Part shown: positions 39,508 through 50,500 of the stretch, piece after piece
Position numbering within the stretch: position 1 is the stretch's first letter
How the letters are laid out: the number at the start of each line of letters is the position of its first letter
Assembly (NCBI GenBank): GCA_958296135.2
Contig: CATQHZ020000001.1
Span: 256,001 to 320,000 of the forward strand
DNA from: an uncultured Poribacteria bacterium
GTDB lineage: Bacteria > Poribacteria > WGA-4E > WGA-3G
Reading direction: 5' to 3'
Length of the DNA: 64,000 nucleotides
Notes under the pieces: model-generated
Told to the model about the DNA's origin: nothing
What the model saw: the letters and a program-made list of their open reading frames with translations, nothing else
Database searches by the model: none
Position numbers and translations under genes: made by a program

Positions 39508-41602
39508 TCCAGACGCAGAAATGGGATTGCTGGAACGATGCTACCATTTCGCGCAAAAAGCGCATGAAGGACAGTTTCGGAAATCTGGAGAACCCTACTT
39601 TACGCACTGCGTGAAGACAGCCGAGGAGCTCGCCGCACTGCGGCTAGATACGCACACTATCTGCGCCGGGCTACTGCACGATGTACTGGAAGATACCGGC
39701 GTAACGCGCGAAGAAATGGACGTGCGATTCGGATGGAATATCACCAATATGGTGGAGGGTGTCACCAAGATTGGAAAATACAAATTCCGCGGCGGACAGC
39801 GCCAACGGCAAGCCGAAACCTATCGGAAACTGCTGTTAGCCACCGCCGAAGATATGCGCGTCATACTGATTAAACTCGCCGACCGGATGCATAACATGGA
39901 AACCCTCCAGTTCCTCACCGACGAAAAATGTCAGCGGATTGCAAAAGAGACGCTGGAGATTTACGCGCCCATCGCACACCGCCTCGGCATCTGGCGCATC
40001 ATGAGCCGCCTTGAAGACCTGGCGTTCAAACATCTCTTCCCAACCGAATACCGCGAAATTGCCGAACTGCTAGACGAAAAACTCGTGGAACGCCAAGCTT
40101 ACTGCCAGAAAATGGTAGCCCGAATTCGCGAAGAATTGGAAGGACAAGACATCTTCGCCGACGTGCGCGGCAGAACAAAGCATATCTATAGCATCTACCA
40201 GAAAATGCAACAGAAAGGGACACCCTTCAAGGACATCTGCGATCTGGTGGGGCTCCGCATCCTCGTCAAAACGGACAAGGACTGCTACCTCGCGCTCGGC
40301 GCACTGCACCACAGATGGCACTACCTCCCAGACCGGCTCCGAGACTGGATCGGGCAGCCCAGGAAGAATGGGTACATGTCACTGCATACCACGATTGTCG
40401 ATAACGGCAAACCGGTGGAAATCCAAATCCGCAGCTACGAGATGCACAAGATTGCCGAGGACGGCATCGCCGCGCATTGGAGCTATAAAGAGGGAGCACC
40501 GAACTGCAAACAAGGGCACTCCATTTTCGCCAACTATAAGCAAATGTTGGAGGATATACAAGATACGCAGGAAGGCGCACACCAATTCGTCGCATCAATG
40601 AAACTGCAACTCGTCGAAGATGAAGTCTACGTCTTTTCACCGAAAGGGGACCTGTTTGCATTGCCAACCGGCTCAACCGCCATTGACTTCGCCTATAAAA
40701 TCCATACCGATATCGGAAACACCTGTTGCAGCGCGGAAATAAACGGGGCAGCTGCGCCCCTTCGGCAGGAGCTCCAGAACGGCGACCGGGTGCATATTCG
40801 GACGCACCCGAACTGCAAACCAAGCCGCGGTTGGCTGCGTTACGTCAAAACGTCGAACGCCTGCAACAAAATTAAGCACTGGTTCCGGGAGAAAGAACGC
40901 GCAGACGCAATAAAATTAGGCAAAAAATTCCTCCGGGCCGAATTGCGACTCACCACCCTAAACGCCAGCGATTATCTGAATCCCACCAAACTCCTTGACA
41001 TCGCCAAACAATTGCAACTCCAAAACGTCGAAGAACTGCTCGTCCGAATCGGCAGAGGATACGAATCCGCCACGCATGTCGTCAATCTCCTCAAACCAGA
41101 CACACCTGAACCCCAAGCAGTGCCGCCAAAAACGGCACCGATGCCCGGCATCGAACTCGAAAACGGCATCGACCTCGGCATGATACGGATAATGAAATGC
41201 TGTAACCCGATCCCAGGGGACGAAGTCATCGGCTACGTCACACGCGGACGCGGTGTCTCCGTGCATCGGAGCGGCTGCGCCCGAATCCTTGATGTACCCG
41301 AACGCATCCTTACCGTCAAATGGCCCGAAAAGCAGAACCGCAACCGGCCGGGCATCCATCCCGCGCAAATTTGTGTGCAGTGCAACGACCGGCCGGGGAT
41401 GCTCGGTGAAATTACCACAGTCATCGCTCAATGCAACGTGAACATCCGGTCCGGCACCTTCCAGCCAGCCGAGGTAACCCGCGCGAACAACGACGCGCAG
41501 GATATCCTGACGCTAGATGTAACAGGCACCACACAACTCACCGAGGTAATGCAAGCTCTACGGCACTTAAAGGATGTCCAACGTGTTACACGCAAGTTTT
41601 AA
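39467..41602 (+). CDS. rel: Bifunctional (p)ppGpp synthetase/hydrolase (long RSH)
   Basis: RKSGEPY, LLHDVLED (HD), KLADRMHN, NGYMSLHT, EIQIR, plus TGS, ZFD and ACT domains. Confidence 0.95.
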   Translation: MSVETLISQIQDYNPDAEMGLLERCYHFAQKAHEGQFRKSGEPYFTHCVKTAEELAALRLDTHTICAGLLHDVLEDTGVTREEMDVRFGWNITNMVEGVTKIGKYKFRGGQRQRQAETYRKLLLATAEDMRVILIKLADRMHNMETLQFLTDEKCQRIAKETLEIYAPIAHRLGIWRIMSRLEDLAFKHLFPTEYREIAELLDEKLVERQAYCQKMVARIREELEGQDIFADVRGRTKHIYSIYQKMQQKGTPFKDICDLVGLRILVKTDKDCYLALGALHHRWHYLPDRLRDWIGQPRKNGYMSLHTTIVDNGKPVEIQIRSYEMHKIAEDGIAAHWSYKEGAPNCKQGHSIFANYKQMLEDIQDTQEGAHQFVASMKLQLVEDEVYVFSPKGDLFALPTGSTAIDFAYKIHTDIGNTCCSAEINGAAAPLRQELQNGDRVHIRTHPNCKPSRGWLRYVKTSNACNKIKHWFREKERADAIKLGKKFLRAELRLTTLNASDYLNPTKLLDIAKQLQLQNVEELLVRIGRGYESATHVVNLLKPDTPEPQAVPPKTAPMPGIELENGIDLGMIRIMKCCNPIPGDEVIGYVTRGRGVSVHRSGCARILDVPERILTVKWPEKQNRNRPGIHPAQICVQCNDRPGMLGEITTVIAQCNVNIRSGTFQPAEVTRANNDAQDILTLDVTGTTQLTEVMQALRHLKDVQRVTRKF

Positions 41603-41741
41603 CGAGGACAGACGCACATTTTTCATACCTGCTGCACTGCAAGCACTGTTTAAAACCACCTAGTGGCGCGCTTACAAAGCGCGCCTACAGGCGGATGATG
41701 TCCGCGCCAAACCGCGCACCTAGATGCCTGTCCACTCTCCG

Positions 41742-41954
41742 CTAAACAGGCGCAGGCATCCGGGAGATAACCTTCGTGACTTTCCCACTACGCAAACATT
41801 TGGTGCAGACTCGCACACGTCTCGCCCCAGATTCGGTTTGAATACGCACACGCTGCAGGTTCGGAAGCCACCGCCGCTTCGTATGACGCCGCGATTTGCT
41901 GATCTGGTTGCCTGCCATCGGACGTTTGCCACAGACAGTACAGACTCGTGACAT
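41742..41954 (-). CDS. rpmB: 50S ribosomal protein L28 (Cys-containing, Zn-type)
   Basis: MSRVCTVCGKRPMAGNQISKSRRHTKRRWLPNLQ...VCTKCLRSGKV; GAGGAGG RBS. Confidence 0.95.
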   Translation of the reverse strand: MSRVCTVCGKRPMAGNQISKSRRHTKRRWLPNLQRVRIQTESGARRVRVCTKCLRSGKVTKVISRMPAPV

Positions 41955-42072
41955 TGGATTATGCCTCCTCTCTTTTTTCGCTTGAATTGAATGAATAAAT
42001 CGGTTAAAATAATGTCTATATAAGGATACCACATTCTCAGGGAAAATGCAAATTTTTTTAGGAAATAAACCA

Positions 42073-42843
42073 ATGCTACAAAAAACCGCCTGGCTCTTAC
42101 TCTTATGCCTCCTCGCATGCAGCGGGGCAGACGAAGAAACGCCGGAACAGCCCACCGCGCCGATTGTCATTGAATACGGCACCGTCTCCGGCACCGTCAC
42201 CCATGGCAACACGAGAAACCCGATTCCCGGTGCCGTTGTCAGATTGTTGGAGCAGTCCATGGAAACCGGCATCGATGGCGTTTACACTTTCCAAGGCATC
42301 CCTTACGCCGATACCTACACGCTTGTCGTGGAAGATGCGAATTATCAACCCTATCAGCAATCCTTCGCGCTCGGACAAGAACGCTTAGTGCTAAATATCG
42401 CGCTAATGCCGCTGCGCGACACAGCAGAGGAACTCCAAGAATTTCTGGATAACTTCTCTGAACTGCTTGAATCCTTAACACTAGAAAACTTGGAGCAAAT
42501 CGAGACGCTCTTCTCGGAAACCTACGTCGCCGCCGATGACGAGGCAACTATCTTCGGAGTGCTCTCTGGCATCATCCCCGAAAATTATGACGACGTTATC
42601 CCAGCCGTAACACAACTCTTTGAAGAATACGTATCCCTTGAATTCCGCTTTAAAGATGTCCAAGTAGATGTAACGCACGCGCGGAAAGCCTCGGTAATCC
42701 TATCGCTTGACGTTACGGCAGAAAAGGGGGAAGAGCGCGACCTCAGTGAAATCAAGGCGCGCTGCCAATTTGATTTTCGCCGAGAACAATCCGATTGGAA
42801 GATTGTCTACTGGCAGTTGTTTGAGATTGACATCCGGTTGTAG
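42073..42843 (+). CDS. Lipoprotein with a carboxypeptidase-regulatory-like domain and an NTF2-like C-terminus
   Basis: Lipobox LLAC; GTVSGTVT...PIPGA.V...G.Y.F; C-terminal WKIV. Confidence 0.7.
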   Translation: MLQKTAWLLLLCLLACSGADEETPEQPTAPIVIEYGTVSGTVTHGNTRNPIPGAVVRLLEQSMETGIDGVYTFQGIPYADTYTLVVEDANYQPYQQSFALGQERLVLNIALMPLRDTAEELQEFLDNFSELLESLTLENLEQIETLFSETYVAADDEATIFGVLSGIIPENYDDVIPAVTQLFEEYVSLEFRFKDVQVDVTHARKASVILSLDVTAEKGEERDLSEIKARCQFDFRREQSDWKIVYWQLFEIDIRL

Positions 42844-42934
42844 CAGCAGTCCGAACCCGGTAGGCGCGGTTTCAAACCGCGCACCCCGCACAGCACCCTT
42901 GCAAAGCGCGCCTACCTGTGCAGAATGAGGTAAC

Positions 42935-44089
42935 ATGCAACAATTTAACAACATCCTTGTCGACGACACCATCAAAAGCGTCTACGGACTCGCCATCGCG
43001 GATATCAACGGCGACAGCAGACTAGATATCATCGCTGGCTCCACTGCTGAACCCATCCTCGCATGGTATGAGGCACCCCACTGGCAAAGGCACATCGTAA
43101 CAGACGAGGGAAGTGGGCACATTACCATTGCACCCCATGATCTTACCGGGAACGGCGTTCCTGAACTCATCGTCGGAAGCGGTTTCAATAGGGGCGTGAA
43201 CGCAGCAGAAGGATATCTGCAGTGGCTGGAGGCACCAACCCAACCTCACCAGAATTGGACGAGCCACCGCATCGCCGATGTACCGTTCATCCACCGAATC
43301 GCGCTCGCGAACTTCGCACCGAACGAAAATAGGCCGAACCCGCCTGAACCCAACTTCCTCATCGTCGCATCCATCAGAGGCCCAGACGGCAAACCGGGCG
43401 AATGGCACAGCCCTGGTTCCCTCTGGTGTTATGAATTGCCCGACAATCCGCACGCCACATGGCATAGACGTTTAATTGATGACGCACTCCATATCAACCA
43501 CGGACTCAGCATTAACGACATCGCTCTTGACGGACGAGACGATGTGCTGATTAGCTGCACCGAAGGACTCATCTGGTACGAACCACCCACCGCACCGATG
43601 ACAGGCGAATGGCGCAAGTGGCTCATCAGCAATAGAGAATGCAGCGATGCCTTCGCAGCGGACATTGACGGAGACGGCATCAACGAAATTCTGGCGATTG
43701 AACCGTGGCATGGCAACAACCTCGTCTGGTACAAAGCGACAGGCGATTTACGGCAAGACCCGTGGCATCGCCACCTAATCGACGATACGCTCAACCGGGG
43801 GCATTCCCTCGCCGCCGTCGACATCGATGGCGATGGCCTGTTAGAAATCATCTGCGGCTACAACGGCGAAGGAACAAGTCTGCATCTCTACCGCCCAGAA
43901 GAACTCGCGCAACATCGGTGGAACAAAGAGACAATTGACGCTGGCGGCCTAGGCGTTGGACAGATGCAAATCGTAGACATGAACGGAAACGGGCAGCTGG
44001 ATATCGTGGCGAGTGGGCTCAGCACGGGCAATGTGAAGTGGTATGAGAACCAAGGGGCTGCGCTGGCAAACCGGCCCCTTTTACCGTAG
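42935..44089 (+). CDS. FG-GAP/VCBS-repeat beta-propeller protein
   Basis: Repeated D.[ND]GDG..[DE]I motifs, AIEPWHGN, W YE repeats. Confidence 0.8.
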   Translation: MQQFNNILVDDTIKSVYGLAIADINGDSRLDIIAGSTAEPILAWYEAPHWQRHIVTDEGSGHITIAPHDLTGNGVPELIVGSGFNRGVNAAEGYLQWLEAPTQPHQNWTSHRIADVPFIHRIALANFAPNENRPNPPEPNFLIVASIRGPDGKPGEWHSPGSLWCYELPDNPHATWHRRLIDDALHINHGLSINDIALDGRDDVLISCTEGLIWYEPPTAPMTGEWRKWLISNRECSDAFAADIDGDGINEILAIEPWHGNNLVWYKATGDLRQDPWHRHLIDDTLNRGHSLAAVDIDGDGLLEIICGYNGEGTSLHLYRPEELAQHRWNKETIDAGGLGVGQMQIVDMNGNGQLDIVASGLSTGNVKWYENQGAALANRPLLP

Positions 44090-44357
44090 CGCGGCGGCCT
44101 GTCCGCCGCGATCCCTCGACCTGACCGGAAAACGCCTTTTATGCCGTCGTAGGGCGAGGGCCTGTCCCTCGCCAACCTGTCCCTTCCCCGTAGCGCGAGA
44201 GCCGTGGGGCTGCGCTGGCAAACCGGCCCCTTTTACCGTAGCGCGGCGGCCTGTCCGCCGCGATCCCTCGACCTGACCGGAAAACGCCTTTTATGCCGTC
44301 GTAGGGCGAGGGCCTGTCCCTCGCCAACCTGTCCCTTCCCCGTAGCGCGAGAGCCGT
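44054..44357. repeat. Perfect 152-bp tandem duplication spanning the gene end and REP units
   Basis: 44054-44205 equals 44206-44357. Confidence 0.9.
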
Positions 44358-44504
44358 CACGGTCACGCCTACAGAAAACGTGCGTGTGTCGCCCCGCGTA
44401 AGCACGCTACCTTTAACTTTGTCATCTCTGCCGCCTCGCTGCAGAGATGTCCACTGTTCCTCGCAAACCCTTAAACTAAATGCCTCCGATTCCCTCCAAA
44501 AAAT

Positions 44505-44533
44505 TTGACATTTTCTCCATCGTTGGGTATAAT
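44505..44533 (+). promoter_or_regulatory. Sigma70 promoter
   Basis: TTGACA-17 nt-TATAAT, perfect consensus. Confidence 0.8.
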
Positions 44534-44592
44534 ACATGTTAAATCTGCACGCGGAAACGCAGAAATCACCGATTTTATAGGAGAAATTGCGA

Positions 44593-47500
44593 ATGCAACT
44601 GATTACACTATCTAAAAAGAACTCCCCCTCACTTAACGAGGGGATAGCAACCCGTTTTTGCGGGACACAGAAACTTCTCGCGGGCCTTGTGTTATTGCTG
44701 TGCATCGGAATGACACCGGCAGTCCTAAGCCAAGACTTCACCTACACCGGCGAGAAAGTCGCAGCACAAGGTATTATTATCACTGCCATTGACCAGGACA
44801 TGAACACGCGCGTCCCGGCGCGTTCACTCGGCATTGACGGGCATGCCGCGCAAGCCTCCGCCTTTGAGGTAACCTACACCGGCTTCACCGCAGAAGCACA
44901 GGCCGCCTTTCAACACGCCGTGAACATCGCCTCAAGTATTATCTCATCCCCCGTGACAATCCGGGTAGCCGCGGCATTTACACAATTTGAGTCGCCAAAC
45001 ATCCTCGGCGGATCAAGCTCAAACTACATTCATCGGTTGAGCCTCGTGACCCGGGCAAGCCGGTTAGTGTTATGGGCACCGGACGCACTCGCCGATAAGA
45101 TTCTCCGCCGCGATCTCGTACCGGGGGAACCCGATATTGAGGCAGCATTTACCAACAGAGCCGGCGTATGGTATTACGGAACAGATGGAAATACGCCCCC
45201 TGGTCAGTACGATTTTGTGACAGTAGTGCTTCATGAACTGTTTCACGGGCTCGGTTTCTCGGGGGAAGGCGGACCACTGCGCACGGATCCAACGCAGGCC
45301 ACCGTTCGACTTCTGGGCAGCCCTGGGTTTTACGATTTCTTTGTCATTGAGGGCGCAACGACTACGCTCGCAGATAGGTTGATAGCAAAATACCCAGACC
45401 CCTCCGCTGCACTCCTCACCGCCATGACAGGCGGAAATCTCTACTGGGTTGGAGCAAACGGAGTCACGAACAACGGGGGAAATCGCCCAAAACTTTACGC
45501 ACCGAATCCTTGGAATCAGGGTTCCAGTTACGCCCATTTAGACGAGGCCACCTATCCAGCCGGCAATCCGAACTCTTTGATGACACCGCGGGTTGGACGC
45601 GCGGAATCCATTCATGACCCGGGCGATATCGTCCGCGGGATGTTCACCGATATGTTCTGGGGAGCTATCCCCGACGCTCCGACGTTAACCTTCACGGAAC
45701 CTACCGGCACGCAGACCGGGAGCTTCAACGTGTCCATCACTTTCTCTGAAAGCGTCACCGGTTTTGATGCAAACGATGTCTCACTCAGGACAAGTTTGAC
45801 TGCAGGCGCAGGAAACCCGACGCTCAGCGTCTCGGGGAGTGGCACAACCTACACGGTGAGCGTCACCCCAGCAGCAAACACCGCGGGGTATGTTATCCTC
45901 TCCGTACGGCAAAATGCAGCAACTGCCGGCACCACCGTCATTCCGGCACCATCCATCAGCCAAGATGCCGAGGCAATTCTGTTTGACACACACACCTTAG
46001 ATACCGGCGCACCGACAGTTGTCATCAGCGGACCGGAACGGGCGAACGCCGCCTTTGACCTAACGTTTAATTTCTCGGAGGCACTCGGCCCAGGAGCCAA
46101 CGAATTTACTGCAACGGATATTAGTGCCAGCGGACCGGGCACGACGAATCCCACTGTCAGTGAACCCAGTTTGACAGATAGCACCGCGCACATCTACACG
46201 GTGAGCGTCACACCAGCAAGTACGGCAACCGATGGAGACATCACGGTGACGTTGAATGCCGGCGGCGTTCAAGATACCGCAGGAAACGCCATCGCCGCAG
46301 CGGGCATCAACACCGCCACTGTGAAGTATGATATTACGCCACCGGCGGTGACAGTTGCACGCCCGAGACTGCAGGGGGGCACCCCGCAGACCGGCACAGC
46401 ACATCACCCTTTCACAGTGCAAATTGATTTTAATGAACCCGTAACCGGTTTTGAGACAAGCGACATCACCCTCAACTCCGGTGCTGTCACATCCCTCGCC
46501 GGCTCAAGCGAGAACTACATCGCTACTATCACACCGGCGGCTGATGGAGACATCGTCGTCACCGTCCATACGACAGGCGTGACAGACCTGGCTGGCAACG
46601 CCGGCACCACGCCTTTTAGTGTCACCGTGTCTTATGATGCCGGGCCCACGGTCACTATGAGCACACCGAAGGAATACGTCAACACCGATTTTGTCGTCAT
46701 TTATACGTTTAATGAGAAATTGGATGCCACCTCGTTCACCCCCTCGGATATCATTGTCCTCCCCGACACGGCAATTCTCCAGAGCGGCCCAACGAAGAAT
46801 ACCAGCGACGAGAAAATCTGGACAACAACTATCCGCCCCACAGCCGAGGGGCCTGTAGCGGTTATCTTGAAGAGAGAAAGTGTCACGGACGAGACAGGGA
46901 ATGCCCTTGTCAACACCGGCTCAACCCGAGATGTCACCGTCATCTATGATAGCACCCAACCGACGGTGGCTGTCAGCGCACCGACAACGGCGGCAGCAGC
47001 CTATCATCTGACTTTCACGTTCAGCGAAGAGATAGACGAGCATTCGTTTGCTGAAACGGATGTCACACTCACCGGTGCAAGTGCCTTTGGTGCAGCGAAG
47101 GGGCCACCAACGCCGGACCCGGCCGATGCAAAAGTCTACCAGATGCTCATCACTCCAGCAGCAGCATCCTCAACGGGCGGTGACATCATCGCTACTCTGA
47201 CTGCAGCAAGCGTGACAGACCTGGCAGGGAATCCTTTCTCTACCACCGGCACCGCTCTGTCGGCCACCACGACATACGCAAACGCACCGCCCACTTTCAA
47301 CAGTACCGATACTGCCTTCAACGTCGTTGAAAATAGCACACTAGTTGGCGACGCAAACGCGGTGAGTGCCACAGACTTAGACGCGCCAGACACTGTCACT
47401 TACTCGCTCAGCGGCGCAGATAGCGGGATTTTTACTATTTCATACACCGGCGTGTTGCAGTTCAGCACAACACCAAACTTCGAGAATCCGACAGACCAGG

Positions 47501-50500
47501 AAAGCGTGTTGCCCCCAAACACGGCGGGCAATAACGAATACATTGTTGAAGTCACAGCAACCGGTGGCACCGGCGAGCGCGCGAGAAACATCAGCAAAAT
47601 CCTCGTCGTCACCGTCACTGATGTCGCAGAACCGCCCGCAACTCCCTTGGCACCAACAGTGCTCTCCTTGTCCGCTACGAGTCTACACGTGACATGGACA
47701 GCCCCCGAAAACATAGGCCCGGAGATAATTGGCTACGATGTTCAATACCGCGAGGGAAGCACGGGCAACTGGATAGATGTATATCACCCTGATGCTAGCA
47801 CCACAACAACGATTAACGGGTTAAACCAGAACGCGGCGTATCAGGTGCAGGTACGCGCACAGAACGATGAAGGAACAAGCCCCTGGTCTGGCTGCTCCGC
47901 TCTTGTGGCATGCGCAAGCACAACATCAGCGGACCCGCAGGTGCTCACGCTAGAATCGATTACCCTCGTGAATGTGCAGCAAACTACCAATCCGCCGACT
48001 TTTGACGTGGCATTTCGTTTTTCGGATGCCCTCGCAACGACGGGCCCCGGCGCATTCACTATTGAAGATGTCAACCTCAGCACCGAGGACAACGCTACCG
48101 CAACCCTCAGTGCACCGGTTCATACGGATGTAAGCCAGCACATCTGGACTGTGACGCTCACACCAACAAGCGATGGCACTTTCACTTTCAACCTCAATCA
48201 CGGCAGTGTCACCAAGGCATCGGGGAACGCTTACGCGCTAGATGTCAGCAAGAACCTCGTTGTACCGTGGGATGTCTCGCCACCGGCAATCACCGGCGGC
48301 CTTCAATTCCCGCCGAATACACTCGCTCGTTATACCGCAGGCAACGTCATTGAGGTACAAGCAACGTTTGACGAAGACAACGTCAGATACACCGGCGCGC
48401 AGCCCTATATCATCATCTACGTCGGCGCAAATGAACGACAGGCGTATTGGGTACACCAGGAAGACACTAACTCAACGTTGGTGACGTTTGCCTATACCGT
48501 AACAACAGCGGATAACGCGCAGTATGTGAGCCCCAAACCGAATAGTTTAACGATTCCTGTCGGTGCTGACATCGTTGATGACGATGGGAATTCTGTGGTA
48601 ATGGCAGCCAAACGCGAGCAAAATCTACCGCCGGATGCGACGCTGGAAACGCCGATTCAAATTCCGACAGGCGATCCGCCGCCTATCCTGAACGTTCCCA
48701 TTATCGGAACACCCGAACCCGAACCAGAACCCGAACCAGAACCAGAACCTGTCACCGAAGAACCTTCTAGTAGCGGTGGCGGTGGTGGCGGCGGCGGCGG
48801 CGGAGGAGGAGGTGGTGGAGGGAGCCCCCGAGTCTCAAAAACCCGCGTGCCACGCACCCCGCTTATCTTCAACGAAATCGGCAACGGAACGGAGAACGAA
48901 AACGATTGGATTGAACTCCGCAACGTCACCGGCAAACCCGTGCCGCTCAAGAATTGGGAAATCAGCATCGTTGCAGATAACGAGAAAGCGGATAACTCGC
49001 TCGTCGAAATCCCAAATGGCGCGCAATATAGTCTCCCCGCCAACGGCATTTTGTTGCTGACAAGTACCGCGCCGGGTAAAACGCACCTCGCTGGTGGTGA
49101 AAACATCGCGAAAGCCGGCGGTGCCGGTCCCATTTCGCCGCTGTATCTGGTGGCGCCGAGACTCCACATCCCGAACGATGGGCAATTCCTGTTGATTCTC
49201 CGAAATGCCCGAAATCAGAACGGCAAACCGGCGAACATCACCGATCTGGCAGGAGGCGGCGGCAGAGATACCGATGCGTTCATCGCAGACAAGGCGCAAA
49301 CCATCCAAACGGACATCTGGCCGCTGAAGAATACGCGAACACCGGGCACGAACACTGAGGAGGCACTCATCGCGGACACCGTCTGGCGGCGCGACAACGC
49401 GAGAATCGTCGGCTATCATAAAGACGCATGGGCGAAAGCAGGTTACACCGGACTCGGATATGACAGACAGGTGCCCGCATCCTATGCCAACGGGGGCACC
49501 CCGGGCTACCCCAATGATGCTGTCAAGTCAAAAGCGTCCGATTTCGCCGATGGCACCACGGTGAGCATCAGTGAAATCATGTTCGCCGCAGGGAGCAACG
49601 GCAAGCTGCCGCAATGGCTAGAAATATACAATAGCTCACAAACGCAGGCAGTGAACCTGAAAGGCTGGAAACTTGAACTCCAGAACGCTGACTCTCCCGA
49701 TTTGCGGGGCAACCGGCGTGCCGCGCTAACGCTAGAGAAGCGGATAGTGCTGCCGCAGCAGCGGCTCCTGATTTTCTCGGCGAGCAGTCAGAACTCCGGC
49801 GAGCAACATTTTCCCTCCACGCGGCGGTATAGCCTCTATTACAACGAGACGCATCGAGCAGCACTCGGCATGAAGAACCAACGCGATACGGTGTTAAGTG
49901 CAGTCGGGTTCACGCTGAAACTCAGCGACGGTGAAGGCACATTGGTAGATACAGTCGGGAACCTCGCAGACACCACAGCGCAGGCAGTCCAATGGCAACT
50001 GCCGCAAGGGATGGATAAGGACGGTGTCCGAAGTTCCATGGTGCGCCGATATAACAACAAAGGGCTCCCTGGCACTGGCACGCAGCGGGCGGGCTGGGTG
50101 CGCACGGCGAGCCTCACCCTCACCGGCACGAAAACCTATTACGGGCATCCGACAGACATCGGCACGCCGGGGTATGCCAACAGCGGCCCTCCCGCAAGCC
50201 CAACCGCGGTTGATAGCGCGACGGTGGCACCTGTCGTGAAAGTTGCAACGCTGCCACCGATGTACTGGATAAACACCACATCGCGCAGGTTGTATCGCCT
50301 CACCGGCGCAACCGTGGCACCCTTTGTGCCAAATGTCCAAAACGCTACCAGCATCGCCATCGATATGGCGAGAGAGAAAATCTACTGGACTGAGCAGACT
50401 GGGGAACGAACCGGCCGCATTCGCCGAGCAGCCCTTGATGGCTCCAACGTTGAAGTCGTGAAAGTGCTCACTAGTGTGCCACGCGACCTGGCCATTGACG

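Noticed and set aside
48711-48822. PE and poly-Gly repeats as a phase-variation switch
   Set aside because: In-frame, codon-degenerate linker; length changes would not shift the frame.
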